A program made the translations under genes and the position numbers. DNA of 64,000 bases from Tubulanus polymorphus (taxonomy: Eukaryota > Animalia > Nemertea): positions 13,442,275 through 13,506,274 of the forward strand of contig NC_134032.1 of assembly GCF_964204645.1 (NCBI RefSeq), written 5' to 3'. Within the stretch, counting starts at the first letter, position 1. Each line of letters starts with the position of its first letter. Positions 56,223 to 64,000 of this stretch are shown one piece after another. Under the pieces are notes generated by a model. That model had not been told where the DNA came from. It worked only from the letters and a program-made list of their open reading frames with translations, and did not search any database.

Positions 56223-56886
56223 CTGAAAATAGAAATCAATCGCGCGACGTTTTTAAATCAGCAGATAATTAATTCTTCTTTCATCGTAACTTTGCACTAG
56301 GGGGAATTGTCTGTGTATTTTCGCACGATTTTAGAAATTTTACGTCCTATCGAGAAAATCGTTGAATCTCTGAAAAGGATTTGGGTTGAGCCCCAGTGAA
56401 ATCGAAAAACACATGGTTGAAATAACAAAACGCTCACCGCGCGAACCCGCCGGAATAAAGTATAATCCCGAGAAATGCGGGACTCGAACCTCGTGGTTTG
56501 TTTGTATTTTACCTATGACCTAGTGAAACGTCATACGTTAGGAATGTAGAACGCTAATTGCAGGGAAAGTGGATTTTACAAGAAATTTACAAAACCATAA
56601 TTTCCATTACATTTCTCTTCCATGATAACAAAATAGTGGAAACTGATATATAAAGAACCCTGTCTTTAATTTAAAGCTTTAAATAATTTAGATTGACAAT
56701 ATTTAAGGATAGTCATTGAGCTATCACTCCTCGCAATGGCGTAACTTCGACTCGCCCAATCAAGCTAGCCTCGTTCTGAGTGTCAATCATAGAGCCTTCG
56801 AGCAGGAAGAAGGAAGGCGTAGTTAGAGAAAAACCGTCAGGAATTATCCGAAAATTGCGGCCACTTAGCTGCAAATCGGCGCAAAA

Positions 56887-59800
56887 ATGGCCCAGGCGAC
56901 GTTCGTAGCGGCGTTCGCTTGTTGTTTCGTGGCGTTAGTTTTAAATATAATCGCGTTCGTTAGCCCGTACTGGTATCAATCCTGGCCCAGAGTTCACAGT
57001 CGATTCGTTAGACTGGGATTATGGGAGGCTTGTTTCGACGGTTATACCCACCCTCAGGATTACAATAGTAAATCGTACGTCGGTTGCTGGTGGGTTTTCT
57101 CGCACGAGTACAGACCCATCTGGGAATGGCTTTGCCCGCGTAAGTATTCGAAGTATTTTCGATGCCGATTCGAACTTGTAAACGGGGTGAATTTGACCTC
57201 GAAAAAGTGGATATTTTTTTCCACTCAGAAAAGTGTAAACAAAATGGCGACGAGTTTGAAATACCAGAATTTAGGTCATGATATAAATAAATGATATCTT
57301 GTAGTAGATTTAGGGGTAGATTTAGTATTTATTCAGTCAAATCATGATAACGATAATTTGAGCGAACAAACCTAGCCTTGAATGTAGGGATTTCAAGTGA
57401 AAATTTTCCAAACACTATAGAAACAATTTAAAGGGCCTAAATGAAAGAAGGGTTTAATATAAGATCATAGCAATTTACAGAACTAAAATCGGTTGAGCCG
57501 TTCAAAAGTTACGAAGGAATTTGTCGGCTGAAAATCGCACTTCTCAGCCATAGAGTCTTCATTAGGAAATGAACTAAAGGTCATAAGGTCAAATGGTGAC
57601 CAAATGATCAATTTCTTAGTTAAGAAACAATTGAAAGTAGAAAAGAAACTAGTATATCTTTGGGAATTGTCATCCGATTTCAATCAAACTTGGGGAAAAA
57701 TCAGAATAATAGTTTCCCTATTGATAATAAAACTTAAACTAATAATTAATTAAGCCAATTAAGGGTAATTAGCTTAATTAATTGGCTCATTGCCAGATCC
57801 AGGTATTCATCAGCTAAAAGCAGAGGATAAATGTTTACTTATTTGTGTTACAACTTTACAGGGATAAATATATGCGACCATAAATTGTCGCAGACCTCGC
57901 AACACATAGAAATTGGTTGCCATGGTAACCACTATAGCAACAATTGATTCTTGGGATCTATATGGTTGCCGGCGCTCGGAAAGTATTTCAAACCCAAAAA
58001 CGCATCATGATTGGTATCAAAATGACCGTATTTATCCCAGCTTCCTCTATTTAATCAGGATTCATGCATTCAGTTGATTGGTAAGAAAATATTAGAGATC
58101 GAATAAGAATTCTTGAATTTCAAATTTAGGCCAAGTTGCGTTAGGCCTATAGGATCTTCATAGCTGAAGAAGATCCAGAAGGAACCTTTATGGTATATAA
58201 AGTACTCGAAGAAGGATTTATTAATTTACACTTTTATCTTTTGCAGGTGACTCCAAGAAATATGGTGAAGTTAAATAAGCCGAACCCATGTTGAAAAAAT
58301 CATTATGCGAAATGTAGAATTGTAGGCTAATAAAGCTTAGGCCTACCACTGGCTGAAGGGAGTAATTTAAACTGCAACCTTCTTATCTGAATAAGCTTCA
58401 ATAGATAAGTTAATGGATTTGTGGATTGAGAATTTGATTGCTTGTAATTAATAAAATACAGCAATTAGAAATTTTGTGGCGGCCCAAGTCCAAAGATGTT
58501 CATAAGAGTTTGGCCATTTCAATTGTAGCTTATAGTTGATTAGTAAAACATAAATAAATTATTATTTGATAAATAAATATTGTATTTTCATTTCAGTTTA
58601 GTTGTTATATGGTCAGTTTTATTGGGGAGAGGCAGGGGGCTCATCTAGCTGCTTTTTCAGTGTGATTGATGAGCCGAGCGAGGTAGGCCTAAAAGGCCTT
58701 CAGAATAACACACGGGATTTCTTTAGCTTCATCGGTTACATCAACCCCAAAGTTGCTCAAAATAAAATTATTATCATAAACTTCATTGATCCTGGGAGAA
58801 AATGACTTAAAACACCTTAAAACTAGCGTAAACAGCTGATTTACACATGTAAACAAACGCTAACGCGAACCCGGAAGTGAATGAAAATGCCCGGATGTAG
58901 CAATTTTTTCGATACTTCCCAACTTTACAGCAATTTCCGGGGAAGACGGCTTAACGAATCAAACTAAAACCTTTTGCTATATACACTAAAACTACTATAT
59001 TTTTACACCTGGGGGAGAACTAATTTCTAAATTTCATAATTTGATGAAATATATTGCATTTAAAACTTTATAGTGTCGCAAAATCGGTCAAATTGCCGGT
59101 ACAAACAAGTACGGCATACCTGGATGTCAATCAAGAACTTTTGAAAACACCTGTGAAGGTTTCGTGATCCCCAGTCCCGCCCCTTTTTTGCGAGATCGCC
59201 TAGAGGTTGGGCATCTCAAAACTGCATTTTTCGAAATCCGCGGTGAAGAGTACACGCGCACCTGTCAATCAACAATCTATAGTTGGCTAGAGTCCAACAG
59301 CTTGTAACTCGCGAACTACGCCGCGCATCAACATCGAATTTTCAACACAGTACAAGATGCTTATTATCTTCCCTCGAAAATTTAGTTCAAGTAAATCGGA
59401 TGACAATTACTGAATTTATCAAGTTCATAACTTTTGAAGTGGGAAAAAACGGCACTATGGCCGGTTTTGATCACGTGATCTGAAAACCCTATTGAATGTA
59501 CTGATAAATGCTGAAACAAATTCAAAATGCATACATGACTCATGACTATAACAAGTCAATAAATGACAATATGTAAAAATCATTGGGACCCACGCCCCTT
59601 TGTTGTATGCATTATTGAGTCAGATGTGATTGCAAAATATTAAAGTGTACAGCCCAAAATCTGGGGGCATTATAAATATTAATGTTATAAGGCTTACCTT
59701 ATTAAATAATTAAATCATAAGTTATACACTAATACTGTGAATCTGTCAGCTTACACAGTGTCAGATATGGACAGGCCTATTGTGTAAGCTCTTGACTCAA

Positions 59801-60262
59801 TAACCAACAAACCACCAAGTCTTAAAAAACTTCATTAATGTGATTAATGTGAGCAATTAAAGGAACAAGGCCCTTCCCCTTCTTGTTTACAGACTGTGCA
59901 CTTATTACAATTAAGGCCAATTCAAGATTGCCCCTGTCATTGGGAAAAATAACTGTCTAGTCAACACCAATGGTTCTCTTGTAGTAGTTCCCTTGAAGAA
60001 GTTGGCAAGTCAAATCTGCAGAACTGCATCCCCTGTCGAAGATGAAAAGGCCCTTACAAAATGTATCATGTATTCAATGTCTAAATCGCATTATTTCAAC
60101 TATTTTCAGCCTGGTTCATCAGCGTTCAAGTGATGATGACGTTGAACGTGTGCATTCATTTAGTTGTCAATTTCATCGTGATGATGGCGTTCCTGAAATG
60201 TTGTCCGCCGAAAAATCTGAAGAAGATTCTGCTGACGATGACGGGCCTGATGTTCTTCTCGG
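56887..60262 (+). CDS. Invertebrate claudin (PMP22/claudin family), shared exons 1 (56887-57139) and 2 (60110-60262)
   Basis: TM1, AFVSPYW, the claudin signature LGLWEACF..GCWW, and WLCP|PWFISVQ joined in phase 1. Exon 2 ends TCG G|gtaagt (phase 1). Confidence 0.9.
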
Positions 60263-61248
60263 GTAAGTTCAGATTTTTTAGATTTGACACAAATACGGAA
60301 GACTCTAAGCGACGTGGAATCTTTTTAGATTGACTCCGGTGAAACAAGTATTTCAGGCTAATCCTCGTAATCAATAGTGGCCGTCAAACTTGGTATCATG
60401 GGTCCAATTTGGCGTCTTCCAGAAGGATTTAAGATTTCATTGACTGTAGGTGGATGCTAAAAATTCAAATGAAACATGACAAATTTCTTGATTTCACCAT
60501 TAGTACATCTGATGTTAGATCTAATTCGCTCCAGCGTTTTCTTATGAGAAGACGGCGAACTAGGCATTGACGCAGAACACTGACAATGTCGAGGATCTCG
60601 CATCTTGAGAATACACTCTCTAGAATTGTGTAAATCGAGCCTTAAGTAGCTCATGAATTCAGTTACTCAAGACCTCTTGAACCTAAAGAATTCTCATAAA
60701 GCAACCAGAGATCATTAAATTTCAGTGGTTTAGATTTCAGAGTTTCGATAATTTTTCCTTCGATCGCGACTTCTCTTCCTGGGAATAAGAAACAACCGAA
60801 AAAAAGAAAACGATATCGAATTCCCACACGTATTTCATTATTAACATGCTCTTCCAAGATTGATTTGAGGAAAGAAAAATATTCGAAATACTTCTAACGG
60901 ATGTGAAACAGGTTGGAAACAAGTTCCCAGGAAGGAAGAGTGTGTGGTAGTAATGCTGTGTGGGAATTTGAGGGGCATTGATGAAATATGTACGCATCGA
61001 ATTACGCAGAGTTTACAAACACTGCTGGTACGGTCAAACTCGCTGAAGTCGTGGACTCTTAATTCAATTAAAATCAAATCATGCATGAATAAAGCAGAGG
61101 TGGGTTTAGATCCCGAGAAGCACTCAAGCTGGAGAATTGACTCTAATAATGTGACGCCTCTGAAAGCGAGTTTGACTCTAGTAGAATGCGTACATATAAT
61201 TCATTCGAGCTCTCGCGTTGACATTTCGGTCGTTTCTTATTTTTTCAG

Positions 61249-61484
61249 CGTTTCTGTTCCTGTTGAACGTGACGATATTCGGCATCCAAGCGAACGACCT
61301 GTCGTGGGATCGCGACTGGATGCCGTGGCCGAAGATAAACTATCTGTCGTGGTCGTACGGTTTCGCTTGCGTCGCCGGCTTTCTTAGTTTCTTCGCCGGC
61401 ATTTTGTTGTACAAAGTCGCGAAGCGTCTGCCCGATAAAAGTCAGCAAGCCGAACGCGAAATGCCAGACGCTCCGCGATTCTAG
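61249..61484 (+). CDS. Claudin alternative last exon A
   Basis: tttttcag|CG, phase 1. Encodes AFLFLLNVTIFG..DRDWMPWPKINYLSWSYGFA..APRF*. Confidence 0.85.
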
Positions 61485-62045
61485 TCTGGCGTCACGTGGC
61501 GTATCATTTTTCAATTTCTTCCCCGAAGGTAAAGAAAAAAGGCTCCGTTTGTTTTTCAGTCGAGGGAGAAATTTGAGCAGACGGCGGGACCTCGTTTAAA
61601 CGACCTCTGAATCAACGATAAACCTATCATTTCATTTCAGTCGGACAATTTGAACAATTTCATACTCGTAACAAACTATCAGTTTATAGCGAGCCAAACA
61701 TATTTACTGGTCCCCTGAAATGTGTGTAACGAGGTTCCGCTGTAGTATCAAGATGAAATAGAGATTTTAGGCAAAACATTGATACCTTGCTTCTCAATCC
61801 TGCTGGGCTGACCCTACCGGCTGCCTTTCTATCCTGTAAATTGCTTTTAAAATTACGATGATGTCAACCATGAAAAGACCCACCCGGCTATTGAAGTGAA
61901 CTGATTACAAATTTATCGCAGTTAACAAAATGATCCAGTCGGTTAGGAGAAACAAGGTATCATTTTCAAGAAAAACCTGGCATTAGACAAGGACGTGGTT
62001 TATCGGGGCTAACTGTGTTTGAATGAAATCGTATTTGTATTTTAG

Positions 62046-62971
62046 GTTTCCTATTCGTTCTGTGCGTACTTATTTTCGGCATCAAATCCGAAGATCGTAT
62101 GTGGATGTATCGTCCCGATCACAACACGCTCTCCTGGTCGTACGCGGTCGCCATATTCGCGACGCTCGCTACAATAATAGCGGCCGTCATTCTACTCGGC
62201 GACGCCCGTAGATTACCCGATTATCGTAAAGAGGCTCCGATCATCGACCCGATGGGCGGTAGTATGCCGCGTATGTTCGTACCGCATTCCCACGGGCCCG
62301 GCTCGTACATCGGACCCGGTCCCGGCGGCCCCGCGTATACGGGTCCCGGCGATAAACCGAGTCCGACCGATTCGAAATCTCACGATTTCCCGACCGGTCC
62401 GCCGTCCGAACACGGCGGTCCGCCGTCGGAGTACGGAGACAAGAGGATGCCTCCGCCGGGTATGGTGCTCAGTCGAGGACCGCCGTCCGAGGCTGGAGAT
62501 TACGGTCCGCCGATGCGAGGACCTCCGTCCGAGTCCGGAGATTTCCGCGGACCACCGACGCGTGGTCCTCCGTCGGAGTCTGGTGAAATGCGGTACCCGC
62601 CTCCCCATATGAGAGGACCTCCGTCCGAGTCCGGTGATATGCGCGGACCACCGATGCGTGGTCCTCCGTCGGAGTCGGGTGAGATGCGTTACCCGCCGCC
62701 TCATATGAGAGGTCCTCCGTCCGAGTCCGGAGAGATGAGGTATCCGCCTCCGATGATGCGCGGACCGCCGCCGCGACACATGATGCGCGGACCGCCGCCG
62801 CAGCACATGCGTCCTCCGTTCGGTCACCCGATGTATCGCGGACCACCTCCGCGTGGTCCGCCCTACGGTCCGCCGGGTCGAATGATGTATCCTCCTCCGC
62901 ACATGAGACAACCACCGCCGCAGCACATGAGACTGGATACACCACGAGGTCCCCAGGAGTCGTCCATGTAG
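62046..62971 (+). CDS. Claudin alternative last exon B with a long Pro/Gly/Arg-rich tail
   Basis: ttttag|GT, phase 1. Encodes GFLFVLCVLIFG..DRMWMYRPDHNTLSWSYAVA, then RGPPSESG repeats, ending ESSM*. Confidence 0.85.
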
Positions 62972-63461
62972 AATTACACGCGTCGTATCTGTATATAAAT
63001 ATTTGTATTTTTATGGCGATTGTGAAAACTGGTGCCGATTGTTGTAAACTACAGTAAACCTCGACTGACGCGAGTTCAAATCAGAAAATACACTTAACTT
63101 AACCTTACTCAGGATTTACTGGGACCGGCAGAATTGTAAAGCGCAATCAAAGAATATGGATTGGAAAAAATAAAGAGGACAAGGAAATCAAAATATTATT
63201 TTGTCCTTGTTAAGTCTTGAGTTCAGTAAAGGCAAGGTTAATTGTATTAGGTTTTTTTCTAGACCTTTCTTCGATTCCTTAAAAACTCCTTTGAAATGGA
63301 TGCTTGTGCTTAGAGTGCCTTATATCCGGGATGACTGATCTGTAGGAACGGACCCGGTTTCAGTAGAGGTTTACTGTAATCGATAATTTCAAGAGCTCGT
63401 TAGTAATTATATTTTCTAATGTTAATTAATGTTAATGAATGAATGATTTGTATCGTTGTAG

Positions 63462-63748
63462 GCGTGTTACTCACATTGTCGATCGTCGTGTTCGGAATAC
63501 GTTCCCTCGATCGTATCTGGCAACCGAGGCCGGACGATAACTTCTTGTCGTGGTCGTACGGGTGCGCGGTCGGCGCCGCCGCGTTCGCGCTCATCACCGC
63601 GTATCTGTTGCTGCAACAATACTGGGTCGAGGTCGGCGATAAGGAAATACCGGCCGGTCCCGGAGCCGAGTCGCTAACGATGACTCGGCAGCCGGAGAAG
63701 ATTCCGCTCGGTAGCATGCGCTCGGAGAAGAGATCGATCGATGTTTGA
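63462..63748 (+). CDS. Claudin alternative last exon C
   Basis: ttgtag|GC, phase 1. Encodes GVLLTLSIVVFG..DRIWQPRPDDNFLSWSYGCA..SIDV*. Confidence 0.8.
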
Positions 63749-64000
63749 ATTGCGAGAGTCGGTACCGCTCAAGTCTGACGATTTAAAACTCTGGGTTCCC
63801 TACGACTCCTTGATTCCTTAAAAACTCCTAATACCTTTAAAGCTGATTGAAACTGCTGAGCTAAATGCCCAAAACTCCTTCAACTTTGAGAAATAGGCAA
63901 TTAGATACTTTAGTTATAAACCAGACTGCGCCTAAATCTCCTTAAAAACTCATCTGTAGGGACCCTGAAGCAGTTTATTTTGTCCGTCTCGGAAGTATTT

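Noticed and set aside
57300-59500. Possible transposon or microexon (gcag|GTGACTCC at ~58247) in claudin intron 1
   Set aside because: Ends and coding potential could not be defined, and exon 1 joins exon 2 cleanly without it.
62213-62945. Long antisense ORFs (237 and 158 aa)
   Set aside because: Shadow frames of the GC-rich repetitive claudin exon B.

Overview
This is gene-dense, AT-rich eukaryotic DNA with GT-AG spliced genes. It probably comes from a lophotrochozoan invertebrate (inferred from gene and repeat style). Gene order: EXOC3/Sec6 (-), head-to-head with an SLC22A18-like MFS transporter (+); a two-exon Golgi-type sulfotransferase (-); RPL11 (-); IFT46 (-); an intronless class A GPCR (+); an ABHD1/3-like hydrolase (-); the 3' PfkB kinase half of a probable pseudouridine-metabolising enzyme (-); and an invertebrate claudin-like gene (+). 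Best findings: (1) The claudin-like gene has two shared exons followed by three tandem, homologous, phase-matched alternative last exons. These swap the second extracellular loop, TM4 and very different cytoplasmic tails, one a ~270-aa RGPP repeat. The gene appears to sit antisense inside an intron of the PfkB gene. (2) RPL11 introns host three box H/ACA snoRNAs: two SNORA13-like copies in one intron, and one dual guide matching 18S U572 and 28S U4441 (human numbering). (3) IFT46 has a symmetric 342-nt acidic cassette exon. (4) An AT-rich orphan C2H2 zinc-finger fragment lies in an SLC22A18 intron. Introns are rich in MITEs, a tRNA-SINE and minisatellites. Gene names and rRNA targets come from recalled sequences, not database searches. 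Coordinates were read by eye.
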